DNA of 64,000 nt, taken from the NCBI GenBank assembly GCA_030704615.1, contig CM060731.1, forward strand, positions 51,708,001 to 51,772,000, in the 5' to 3' direction. This document shows, piece after piece, positions 50,478 through 62,417 of this stretch. The notes under the pieces are model-generated. The model made no database searches and was not told where the DNA came from. It saw nothing but the letters and a program-made list of their open reading frames with translations. Origin of the DNA: Takakia lepidozioides. Taxonomy: Eukaryota > Plantae > Bryophyta. The translations under genes were made by a program, and so were the position numbers. Position 1 is the first letter of the stretch, and each line of letters starts with the position of its first letter.

Positions 50478-53400
50478 TAGTGCCCGGGCTGCCCCGCCTC
50501 CCACCTGCCCGCTGCGCCACGTCCTCTACGCCACGCTGGCGCACGTCCCCTGCGGGGCCACACACCCCTTTTGTCACGGGGCATTTGGGCACTAGGGCTA
50601 AACGCTCTCATATACTCTCAAAATTGTGTGGCTGAAAGCAGGTTTAGCCATACCTTTTTAGAGAGTCTACTAGGGTAGTCTGTGTCGTTGGCCAATGATG
50701 AATTGAAATCTAACACCAACTGCAATGTCCTATGTATCCACGTATGTCTCATATGTTAAGGCCCATCTAAGCCCAAGTGCAATCTCCTATGTATCCAAGT
50801 GCTTCTCCAATGTAGCGACCTCCTTCCAACACTTAATTTTGTAATTTAGTTGAATTTTCAGCGACCAATTTTTATTTTTATTTTTTTATCCTTTTAGAAA
50901 AGAGGGACGGAGGCCTCAAAACTTTATAGATAAGGACGTAAATATCTGAGATGTACAAGAGGAAAAAATAACCTTTGGGGAAGTGCCATTAGGAAGGCTC
51001 TGCTTCTGACCTACACCTAAAAGAAAGGGATAACGGAGAAGAAGCCAAAGGCAGAACAAGAGAAGATAAGAGCTCAGCAAGGAACTGAGATAACCAGGAG
51101 TGGAAAATAACAGCCATTGTTGTTGAGAAGAAGGTAAGAGTAAAGCAAGGAGCTGCCTAAGGAGCAAAGCCAGGCAAAGCATCCAAGCGGCAAACCGAGC
51201 TCTGCACAACAAGAACCAACCATGGCAGCAGTTGATGAAAGACCAGCAACCAAATTGTTCATATTTCTATAATTTTCGGCCCATATGTCCAAATTTTGTG
51301 AAACCGAGTCGGTGCACACCTACTCATCAAGGGCTTTCCAACGGTACCAAAATCGTGGCCCAAAGGCCACCTCCACTGTCCTTATTTAGTTGAATTTTCA
51401 GCGACCCAATGGTACTAAAATCGTGGCCAAAGGCCTCGCGGTTTGGGCGATCTCAAGGACACTACACACAATATTGTGAACACCAATATTTTAAAAAATC
51501 CCAATTTATATTTACGTCCACGTGCACAAAAAGACAAATGAAGGGCCAATCATTGTTCCAGAAAAGCCCACTTTTCTATTTTTCACGAACTTCCAGCGAC
51601 CAAAAGTATTTGACGCAGGTCCAAAGTTATAAGACCAAGTCGTTGTACTCCACCTCATCGAGGGCAAGGTTGGGGCAGCCCTGCGGTTTGGGAGATCTCA
51701 ACATTGCAAAACAAAACAAACAAACTACCTTGCTTCATATATTGATGGCAAATTATAGAAGATACACTACAAAACTATCTTAGGAATACCATATGTAAGT
51801 TTTTTTTTTTTTTGTTTTTTTTTTTTTTGTAGTAGGTGTTAACGATGGTTGGGTGCCATACCTTATGACTAAACTGTTTGAAAATATGGTGAAAAATGAC
51901 ACATGCGGATTGCACTACATTCTTCCATTTAAAAATATATCATTTATCTATTTTGTTATGATGAACTTGATATACATGAGTAAATTATTATATCTAATTA
52001 TTGATGAATGTATTTTGTTTTCAAATGACTTTTAACTTAGCTAGAGAAATTTTAGATTGTGTAAGTTTAGGGATGTCATTGAATGGATTGGTATTGTCGC
52101 GGATGTTAATATCTCATGTAATATATTGACAAAAATATATAACATATCTTAGTACAATAAGCTATAAACATGTCAAAAAGAATGCAAAAATTGGGTTTAG
52201 GAGTACCATCATTTAAATGGGGATTAGTATTACGTTAGATGTGATATTTCATATTTATTAACAAAAGTGTATAGTGTATATACATACAATCAGACATACT
52301 ATTATGAAAAAAATGAGCAAAAATGGGTTTATGAGTGTCAATTAAGTGGGGTGGTGTTGAGTGTTGTAATGGCATTGTGGCCCTTCCCGGGTATCAATAG
52401 TAGGGATCAGCAGGTTCTTCGAGAACTTACTGGTCGGGTAGGTGGTAGGTCGAATACCCAATTAGACATACAATGGATTACGGTTTGGGGCTCCCATTTC
52501 ATATCAGGTTGTTACTATTATTTCGCGGCTATGAATGCTAAATAATCATACTACAGGCCCGGATCGCTGGAGATTTGGTTGTGCATCCTGGGTAGGGTAT
52601 CGCAAACACTTAAGACACATAATGGGGTGACGGCATAGTATGATATCTCTTTTGTCTGGGGAGTTTGGGCTATTCAAATGGCCATTTGAATATTGGAATG
52701 AGCCATTTGAATAGTTCAAATGACCATTAGAAATGGCCCTGCGGAGGTTATTTTTTCCTCCTTTTGTCTTCATTTTTCCATTTAATAAAGTTTGTCAGGG
52801 CCGTTGTCGCAAGTTCTTAAACCAAAAAAAAAAAAAAAAAAAAAAAACCATTTGGGCTATTCAAATGGCCATTTGAATATTGGAATGAGCCATTTCAATA
52901 CTTTAAATGACCATTTCAATTCTGGAGCTCCGCAGGCTTATATTTTCCCTGTTTTTTGGCTGAATTGTTCTATGTGTTCCTTGGCTTCGGCCTTTTAGTA
53001 ATAAAATGATTTAAAGGGCCTCCGTCCCCTTTTATTATTAAAAATAATAATATTTATACTCGTATTGATATTCAGCTGATATTAACAAGAAAAAACCCAT
53101 ACTATTGATACCATATATTGTGCATATCTAAGGGAAATACGTATACCATTATACTATTTGCAAATTTGTCATTTTGTAATACTTAAAATGATCCCAGAGT
53201 AAAAAACAAAGCACCCCTCCGGAACCTACCATGCCTGGTATATTAAAATGTTGATACCCGCACAACACTGGTGGTGTTACATTACATGACATATTAACAA
53301 AATGTATGTCAAATTTTCATACATGTAGCCATATTCATATGCAAAAGCGTTGGAATATGGGTCATTTAACTAGGCTAATATTACATTTGATGTTGATACT

Positions 53401-54185
53401 TAGTGTGGGCTAATTGTGGTCGGATATCATATATACATCTTAAGTTCAAAATGCATACCGTCAAGTGTATAAATCATATAAGTCATACATTGGTGTCAAA
53501 ATGTGCAAGAGTACATATGCTTAGACTATGGTCATTAATTTATATCTACTAGTGGCACATTTTGCGTCAATATTTAATGAGCATGTACATAATAGTATAC
53601 ATCAAAACACAATGTCCCTTTCATAGCTGAGTTCAAAGTCATTTGAAAACAAAACAAAACTTGTTGAATGATACATAAACACGATAAAAAACCATTACAT
53701 TTATATAATATACTAATGTATATCAAGTTCATAATGAATAATAATCATATTCCTCATTATAATATTACTCAAATACATAAAATGCATTAACAATATATAT
53801 TAATGATACTTTTTAAATAAAAATTATTGTCGACCAAGTACATATTTTCAAATACGTATGTCGTTTCTCTCTTTTTCTTATTACATTTCAGTCATTATTT
53901 TTTATTCATATTTTAAATTTATATATTCATCAAATATTTACATTATAATTCACTGTATTCAGTATAATGTGAACACTACAATTATATTCTCATATCTAAG
54001 ATATTAATCTCATATCTAAGATATTTTTTAATTTAAAAATAATAATTTGTACATATTAAATCCGTGCCCGCTGTGCCAGCGTGGAGAGACAGGATGGCAG
54101 TCGCGCACAGGAGGGCTTGTGCGCCAGCGTGGCATAGAGGACGTGGCGCAGCGGGCAGGTTGGAGGCTGGGCAGCCACGGCACTA
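50478..54185. mobile_element. Non-autonomous TIR/foldback (Mutator-like) element
   Basis: ~70-bp GC-rich inverted repeats at 50478-50545 and 54119-54185. An inner AT-rich inverted pair lies at ~51960-52130 and ~53555-53735. No transposase ORF and no TSD seen. Confidence 0.6.
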
Positions 54186-54439
54186 CCCCCTCCCCCGGGG
54201 TTTGTGGGACATAATAAGCCTAGTGCGGAGGGTCGGCCAAGTTTTGTAAGTTAAAACACTGCGCCTGCCAACACAAAATTATTGCACCATAAAATATGTA
54301 TAAAATCAGGCGGTCAAGGCCTGCTCTTCATTTCTTGCTTTTTGCTCCCAATTTTTCAACTCCACCTTTTACACTTAATGCCACAAAGTAACCCGGGTTA
54401 CAATTTGATATGCCATGGTTCCATGGTGTTTCATGACAA

Positions 54440-54575
54440 CCAAGTTATAGCCGAGTGGTAATAATGTACCTCGAAAGTGGTTGTGGGTTCAATCCACTGA
54501 TTGGTGTGACAAATGTGTCGACCTTCCCGCCGGAAGGAAGGCTACTGCCTTCTGGGTCGAGAGACACCATAATTT
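54440..54575 (+). mobile_element. tRNA-derived SINE
   Basis: Pol III A box TAGCCGAGTGG and B box GGTTCAATCC, followed by a CCTTCC-n4-GGAAGG hairpin. A related copy lies at 58989-59328 on the opposite strand. Confidence 0.65.
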
Positions 54576-57500
54576 AGGCTTCTTTGGGGAGGGCGTCAAA
54601 CTTTTTCCTTTGTACATTTTTTTGGGTGTTTCATCCACAAGGAGTGCCTTTTTCAGTTGGCCAGTCTCTACTTGTTTTTCCATCCGACTACTGTAGCCTT
54701 GGCCCTGTGGGCAATGTGAATTCAAGAGCTTGGGTGACGAATGCTTGATGAGAGAGGATCCGGTAGAAGCCAAACTGGTAGCACTTGTTAGTGGATGCTG
54801 GTAATGTCCGTTAGGTGAGGCATTGTGGACTCCGTAAAAATTGTCGCAGTGCTCCTTCATTCATTGAATCATCAGTGCGATGAGTTCAACTATAGAAAAA
54901 GGATCAGTGTCGCGATTAAGTCGCAGCCTCAGTGCAAAGAAGCTTCAGTGTTGGCTCGCAAGAAGCTTCATTGTGGCTCCAAGTTTTGGTCGATACCTAT
55001 TCATGTCGCCTGCGTTGCAAATAAGGTTCATTGTCGGCTCCAAGTTTGGTGGATACCTATGTCACCTGAGTTGCAAATAAGGTTCTTTGACGGATACCTA
55101 TTATTATTATCGCGGATCACTCCGGCAACTCAACAACGACAAATTTGTGCGTTTATCATACGGAGCTCAGAGCCTAACCCTTTGACTCTGTTTTTATTGA
55201 TGCCTCCCTGTTCTTTTTCTTTGGTTGGCGATTAAGCTGAGTAAAAGGGCCTCCGTCCCCTTTCCTTAGGGGAAAAAAAAAAAAAAAAAAAGTTTGAGAG
55301 GCAGTCTTTTTGGACTATAGAAATTTCTTGGTGCATCATAGCACACAACACCTCTATTAAGTTGACAACCATGAGTTATCCCCGTCTTACATTGTACACA
55401 ATAACATCTTATTTGGCCAAAGCGAAACCCAAATTTTCCAAACTGTTGCGAACTGGACACCTTCAAGAACCCCAATTTATAGGAGGGAGGGGCTTCCTTA
55501 GAGTTAGTGGCCTCCCAATGGAGAGTATGTATGTCTAGCGCGACCCTTGCATCCATCAACGTTATAGCTTTTTGTTGCGACCTGGGCTCTTTTGTCGGAA
55601 AAGGGCTACCACTTAGCCGCATTCCACAGTTTCCTTGCCTTTTTATCTTTTTAAGAAAAAAGTTTTATAATCCTTTTCCTCGATCACTCTGACTAATAAA
55701 TAGTGAGTCATATGATTTTTTGTTCATAACAAAAAACAGCACTATCATGCTTACATTTGACATCCAAAGACTTCCAGACACCAAGTGAGATTCTACGACA
55801 GGCATAGTGCCGACCTTGCTAGTTTCCGGCCACAGCTCCCCCGCACCCGCTTCGCCACTATCTTCGGGACCCCACCTGGATCGTAGGCCAGTGTTGGAAA
55901 TGTTACGCAACTCACGCGGATTGAGATGCCAGCCTCCTTTCGAGACATTTGTGTTTACATGACGACCTCCTTTCGAGACATTTGTGTTTCCGTGATGACC
56001 GAAGAATGAATGAAAATACTCAAATGCAGTTGATGTAGGAATATTGGAATAGAGAATTTCCAAGCCATTGCTCAACAACATGGAACGCACGAAGGTTCCG
56101 CACCAAATTGCGAACACCAAATTTGACCGTTCCCAACGTTTTAAATGGGACGACGAAGAATATGTCCCACTTTGTTTTTAGAGGGCAGGCCCAACAGTGA
56201 GTTGAACGACGTACCCAGTACTTACCTACAGTGCCCTGGCCTGTCCAACGCAGAAAATTAAACGATCCAGTTTCCAAGGTCAAGAGCACCCAATAATAAT
56301 CCCATATCGTTTGCACGATTCTTACGCGACCAAAACATATATATATGCATAGCCGGCGCGTCAGAGAGCTGCGAGTGTCGGTGACGACAGAACGTATTTA
56401 ATGTCATCGCCACGTCGCAGTTATGGCTAGTTCGTCCAAGTTCGGCGCGCTGGCGAGATTCGGAAGGATGGAATCCGCGACACTCATCGCTGTATTCATC
56501 CATCCGAATCTGTGCGCTGTGCCAAGCGCTACGCGACGTCTGAATGGCACGGACGACAGGATCGTTTATTGTGTGGGTGAACCGGGGCTTCCAAAAAACA
56601 ATAGACGGTCAGTCATGGGTCAGTCGTGAATGTGAGACCCGTTCTTTTGCAGTGTATAAGACAAACACTCCTTTCGACCGCAGTCTTCCCAATCGCTATG
56701 CCTACCCTTCCTTCCATCAATGTGATCAATCAAACATCCTGCCATGGAATCTTAAGAAATTTTATCGCCTCCTCTTCATGCACCCTTCCCATGCAACAAT
56801 ATTGCAGATTCGACTTTTGGGCTTCTGTCATTTGGTGCAATGTATTCATCAGTGTACCATCAAGTTATGAATCATGTATAATGTGTGAATATGTCAGCCC
56901 AAATGATGATGCGGGTCAGTCTGTGTGAAGGCCCGGCATCTCTAGTTCTCTGTAGCAAATGATATGAGCGAAGGTGGATGATGATAGTATGTAGAAGAGC
57001 TTACTTGCCCACATACTCATCCACACCCAGTCTTGTACCTTGTACACACAGCGGGTTGAGCAAGACAACAGTAAAACTAAAATCATGCTCTAATTGCTTT
57101 CCAGTGATGTGTCGGGTAGATTCCGATCACTGTCTTCTAAGTAGGTACTCCAAGTCTGTTTGGATTTTTCTCATTTGGGGGTCACACTAGTTTTTGGAGG
57201 GAAACTCTCTATACAAACAATATCAACATACATACACCAACGTAGGCCACAGTGCCACACGGCTGTAAAGAACACGTGCAGCTTCGTGCAATGTTTCCTG
57301 GAACTTTCGATCTCGGTTATATACAAAACACAGAGTTGAATCGAAGACGCTAGCCTATCGATCTCGTGACGTGGAAGAGGTTTGGGTTGCGGAGGGTCAA
57401 GGTGTTGGAATCGCGGAGGTGCAGCTCATCACTCGGATTGAGTGGGGTTGACGTGCAGACATGAAGCAGCGATAATTATTATAAGCAAGTTAAGCCCCAA

Positions 57501-57900
57501 GGAAGCAAGGGAGGGGCTGCCCACCCCCCCCCGTACGTCTCGTGCGCCACATGACCCAGTCTTGTAAGACAGCGCAGGGCGGCATATTAGGGTTTCGCCC
57601 CACATTGTACCCACAAAACAACCGCGGATTGGAAGGGTGGCCCGGCGCTTGTCCCACGCGCTGTCCCGACTAGCTCGCCCTGCGTCCTCAACTGTGGCCA
57701 TTTGCGTGCAATCGATATGGGATATATCCCTTCGCGCTTTGGGTGCCTACCACGCCATACTGCTCGCTCACCCACATTTTCCCTGATGTCCAGCGATAAA
57801 AATATTTGTGGGATTATTCTGCGATCCAATGTGGTCGACAAAGTGAACCGTTGGGGGCTCCGCGCAACGACGCCACTTTATTATTAGAGGTTGTTGAAAC

Positions 57901-58053
57901 ATGAGTGTTGCGCCCTTGAGTTTTACGTAACGATGAGTGTTGCGCCATTGAGTTTTACGTAACGATGAGTGTTGCACCGTCGATTTTTACGTAACTATGA
58001 GTGTTGCTATGTCGAGTTTTACGTAACGATGAGTGTTGTGCCATTGAGTTTTG
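57901..58053. repeat. Tandem repeat, 32-bp unit, ~4.7 copies
   Basis: ATGAGTGTTGCGCC.TTGAGTTTTACGTAACG units start at 57901, 57933, 57965, 57997 and 58029. Confidence 0.92.
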
Positions 58054-58988
58054 CGGACTGGAATGTCGGCTTGTTGTAGATTGATGTTTTTAATTAGCTG
58101 ATGGTCTGATCTCATACTTGGGGCTTGTATAACTCAATAATCATCACTTTTGCTACCCGTGCACCTACATTCATCCATCTTCTTTTCTTTCCAATGGAAT
58201 GGAAGTTCATCCGTTCGTTGACTGACTGGATGGTAGTGTAAAGGAGACATACAAATAGGAAATACATCCAGTCGACCGTATAAAATCTTAATTAAAAAAG
58301 GGGAAATAAATAGGTAAGTTCACGCCAAAGCAAGGGAGACCAAAATAAAATAAAATAAATAAAATAAAAAATGGAAGGGGTGGGCGATAAATGGCCTTTT
58401 TTTTTTAAAGACACCATTCTTTGTCATAGTAGATCATTGTTTTCCTTTTTTCTTTTTATACAGTGCTACTAATATAGCTCACGAAGAAGAATATGTTTTG
58501 GCCCTGATATTTTGATTTGATTTTTAATTTGTTCTTAAGGGAATACACCTGGGAGCGACCGTCGCTTGGCTAAAAAGGTTATTATTTATTATTATATTAT
58601 TTGCTGGGGTCCTAAGCTGTCTATGATATAAAATGATTATCCCCTTTTTTTTTAAATTAGTTGTTCTATTTTATTTTTAAAGAACTTTAAAAAACTTTGT
58701 ATAATCTTAGAAGCCAGTCAGCAGGTCAGTTGGATCCATAGAGCACTGAGTGCCACCCAGGTGATTCTGGGCTCAAATCCTGCTATCTTGTCAGGTGTGG
58801 TGTTATCTTCTAACCCTTCCCTTGCTGGGTGCAGTTTTGGTGTAAGAGTTTTGCCTGTTTGCTTGTGGGAACAGGCCCGGACAAACTTGAAAGGCCCTGA
58901 AAATACATTACAAGGAAATGAAAAAAATAACCATGTAGGGGCCGTGAAGGCTAATACCACCGGGTAACCAGAATCTGAAAGAGCAACC

Positions 58989-59328
58989 ATATATATATAT
59001 ATATTATGACGCCAGGGGTTACTGCCTTCCGCTAGGAAGGTGGATACCGGATACCTTAGGGACACCAATCAGTGGATTGAACCCACAACCACTTCCGAGG
59101 TGGTATGCGCCCAGGAAGGTGGATACCGGATACCTTAGGGACACCAATCAGTGGATTGAACCCACAACCACTTCCGAGGTGGTATGCGCCCAGGAAGGTG
59201 GATACCGGATACCTTAGGGACACCAATCAGTGGATTGAACCCACAACCACTTCCGAGGTGGTATGCGCCCCAAAGGCCGAAAGAAACCGGTTACTTTGAA
59301 AGAGGTTATTTTCTGCCCTGGCTATAAT
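58989..59328 (-). mobile_element. tRNA-derived SINE with a triplicated 79-bp B-box segment and a (TA)n tail
   Basis: Three identical 79-bp units (59034-59270) contain GTGGTTGTGGGTTCAATCCACTGATTGGTG on the minus strand, shared with 54477-54506. TA microsatellite at 58989-59004. Confidence 0.65.
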
Positions 59329-60332
59329 AAGGGCCCTCATTTGTGAGCGCCGGTGGCTGGGGGATGTTTCACTTTTAGACAAACAAAAAATAAAATAAAA
59401 AACAAACCTGGTAAGAGAAAAGAAAAATGCCAAAACACTTGAGGATGAGACAATAGATGGAATGAAAGATTCATCCATTCAAGCACCAATCATTCATCCA
59501 TCTGATAGGACAAACAGCTCAGGGGGGATTTCTAGGAACGTGGGGGCGTTGCCTCGATATTTTGACTTGCGCGCTTCGGTCACACGAAAGCCGGGCCGCC
59601 GGACAATCCGCCCTGTGACCCGACGTCCGTCCCTGCGTTTGTCTCATTTGCTGCCCGCTATGTTTTGGCGTCGTCATCTCCCGCAATTCCTCCTATTATG
59701 ACACCCGCCCGCCCTCTCCCTCTCTCTCTCTCTCTCTCTCCGGCCTTGTCTCTCCAGCTCTCTTCTTACTCTGCCTGCCATTTCAAAATCTCTAAGTTCT
59801 GCCAGAGTTCGGAAGAGCAGGCAGGGGTTTTGTTGTAGTGTCTACAAACTGTTGGGGTCCACTCTCTTGTAGCTTAGTAGCCGAGATTCATTGCCACTTG
59901 TGGCATAACTTCCACTTGCACAGCTCTTCTGAACTTGTGGGTTGCGGCAGCAGACTCGAAACTCTCCAGCACCAGGTAGATTTGAATGCAACTTGCGCCC
60001 TTCCCAATGTGCGCACATATGAGTGGCGATCTGTGATGTGCATCACATTGTTGGTTAGCAAGGACATTTCCCTGGTGATTGAAGTCTTTGGTTGAGAAAG
60101 GGAGGAATTTGAGTAGTCAGTTGAGAGAGGAACAAAGTATCTTAGTAGATGGAGAGTTGGGGGCGGAGCTTGCAACAGATCGGATGCTCCTTTAGTGCGG
60201 GCCAGTGAGCCCGAACCTACGCATTAGAAGAACTTCGATGATCGTCTAAGTCCATCTACTTACGTGGGTCTTCCCGGTGTTTGATTGCAGTTGATCAAGC
60301 TGGGATAAGCAGTTCAGCTTGAAATTTGGAGC

Positions 60333-62417
60333 ATGGCAGTGCAGCCTCGGAGTGCGACTACCAGGGGTCCATCTAAGTCTGCTTCAGCGAAGCCCAATTA
60401 CAGAGGTGATCTCTTTGCGCTTGTTCTCGAGGGAATAGTGGGGTAATAGCGGGGAAGAGAACGCTGAAGATTGCGTAAGTGATGATCCGCATTTGCGTCC
60501 CCGCGGTCATCTGTTCGTTTATTATGCGAATGTGACTGAGATCACTAAGTAAACACGAGAAGAGCCACACTGGATGCATACGTGGAAGTCGAAGACCTGT
60601 CACAGAATTACCATAGTTCTAGCATGCTTGTCTGATGTGATGTGAGACTCAAACTCTTGGGATGTTTTTGCAGGTGTGGAGGGGTCGACGGATATTGCCG
60701 ATCAACACATGTTTAAAGGAAAACCTAAACCGTTCATGGGGAGCCCCACTACACCCTTGCATTTTGATATGCACCAACGTTGGGTGTCTTCCCCTCCTCA
60801 TCCTGTGAAGTCTGAGATGTCTCAGTACGATCAAGCAGTACTCCAAGCACAGTTGTTGAGCAACATGAGAGCCAATGGTATGTCCTGTTGCACTTGTACC
60901 TGTTTTTCTTAGAGAGAGGGGGGTGTTGGGGGGGGGGGGGCTTATGATTACATTGATCATGTGACCTACTGCGGGTGGAAGTGGGTGGATTTTTCTAGTC
61001 ACATCGATCAGACAATGCTGTGAGAGTTCCACAGTCGGGGAATCTCTTGAGCGGATGGTACAAGCAAACATATATATACATATATCAGGTGATTTGAAGT
61101 ATTTGAGCTTGGATGCTTGCCTGTTCGATGTGGATTGTGTTCGGATGAAGCTTCATTGACGATCCATTGACTGTTTCCAGGTATGACTACAGGCATGCAT
61201 CAGGCCCAATTCCTCATGATTTTGGAGCATTTAAGACAAGCCTACACATTAGCAGGAGGTGACCAGCAAGAGTTTGACTCGAACGCCAGGAGCATTGCAG
61301 CAGCTCAGCAGCTTGAGCCACCCCCTCTACAAAGGGACGATCCCCCTGTGGAGCCTTCCACCATAGCTTTGCTGCAGCAGAAGTTTGCACAACTGGAGAA
61401 GCACAAGGAGATGCAGAAAAATAACCAAGCACAGAAAGTCCAACTATTCCCCTCTCAGTGGTCAAACTCAACCCCGCAGCAGAGCCCCTTGCCGAGTCCA
61501 GCTACTTCTCCAGTCCATCCCTATGCTGTTGCAGCTGCCAATGGGGCCTATTACCCTGTCCAGCAGCAAGGATATTTATCCGGCTCAGCCAGTCCTGAGC
61601 CACCTTTCACAGCAAACCAAGAAGGCAGCTGGCGCAACCAAGCATCTGTATGCTCTCCTGTGACTGGCTGGGCAGGTGCGACGTCACCACAGAATGCTGA
61701 TACTGCACCCAATCCCACGATGTACTTTGCGCAAAAGCAACCAATTGGTGGTTACCAACAGCAAAGCCATCGTGCCATTCCGGGGATGGGGCTCTTAGGC
61801 TCCATCCTTGCATCACCGGGCTGTGAGCAAATGTGTGGCCATTCGGTTGGGGAAAACAAAAACACAGTTGAGCAGTATGTGAACAATAATCAAGTGGAGG
61901 GCAGTCCCACCAACTTTCCGTTTTGCATGTCAACGAGGCCGAACCAGACGCCACCCACAGCGACATCCAATACTTCTGTAAGAAACGATAGCGCTTGATG
62001 CTGTGGTTGTTTTGGTTCTGATAAAGGAGCCATTCTTCCTAGAATTCGCTAGCACTGAAATGGATGGGTGTCCTATTTGATCTTGAGATATAATGTATTC
62101 TAGTTTCGTTTCCCAATCAAGGATGCATGTTGACACCGTCTGTGTGTCATGTGTCATGTGTCTTATGTATGCAGGCAGGATGGGGCAACAGTTTGCACTT
62201 TCTACCACAAAGCACAAAATCTGCATTTGTGAGCTTTGCACGACCTGTTACTACCATTGGGGATGTTCTGGGAATGTCGGTTCCTCCAGTAGGGAAGGGA
62301 GCAAACCAAAGCTGTCACTCTCATGAAGGATGGAGATGGCCACAAGACGGAGCACAATCCAATGAGATGTACATAGACTCAATTGACGACGAACTCGACA
62401 CCTCTCTTCATCTTTGA
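60333..62417 (+). CDS. Uncharacterised Q/P/S-rich plant protein (~438 aa) with an S(T/S)IALLQxxFxQL coiled-coil motif and a C-terminal EAR-like DTSLHL
   Basis: Phase-consistent exons 60333-60405, 60674-60877, 61181-61977 and 62175-62417. Contains STIALLQQKFAQLEKHKEMQ and terminal DDELDTSLHL*. Confidence 0.75.

Noticed and set aside
49783-57977. Short ORFs in the intergenic region as genes
   Set aside because: No family motifs or coherent splice structure, and they overlap repeats and microsatellites.
58718-58790. tRNA gene
   Set aside because: Only a degenerate B-box-like GGGCTCAAATCC is present, with no cloverleaf.
57901-59270. Repeat arrays as CRISPR
   Set aside because: The units are contiguous with no unique spacers, there are no cas genes, and the context is eukaryotic.
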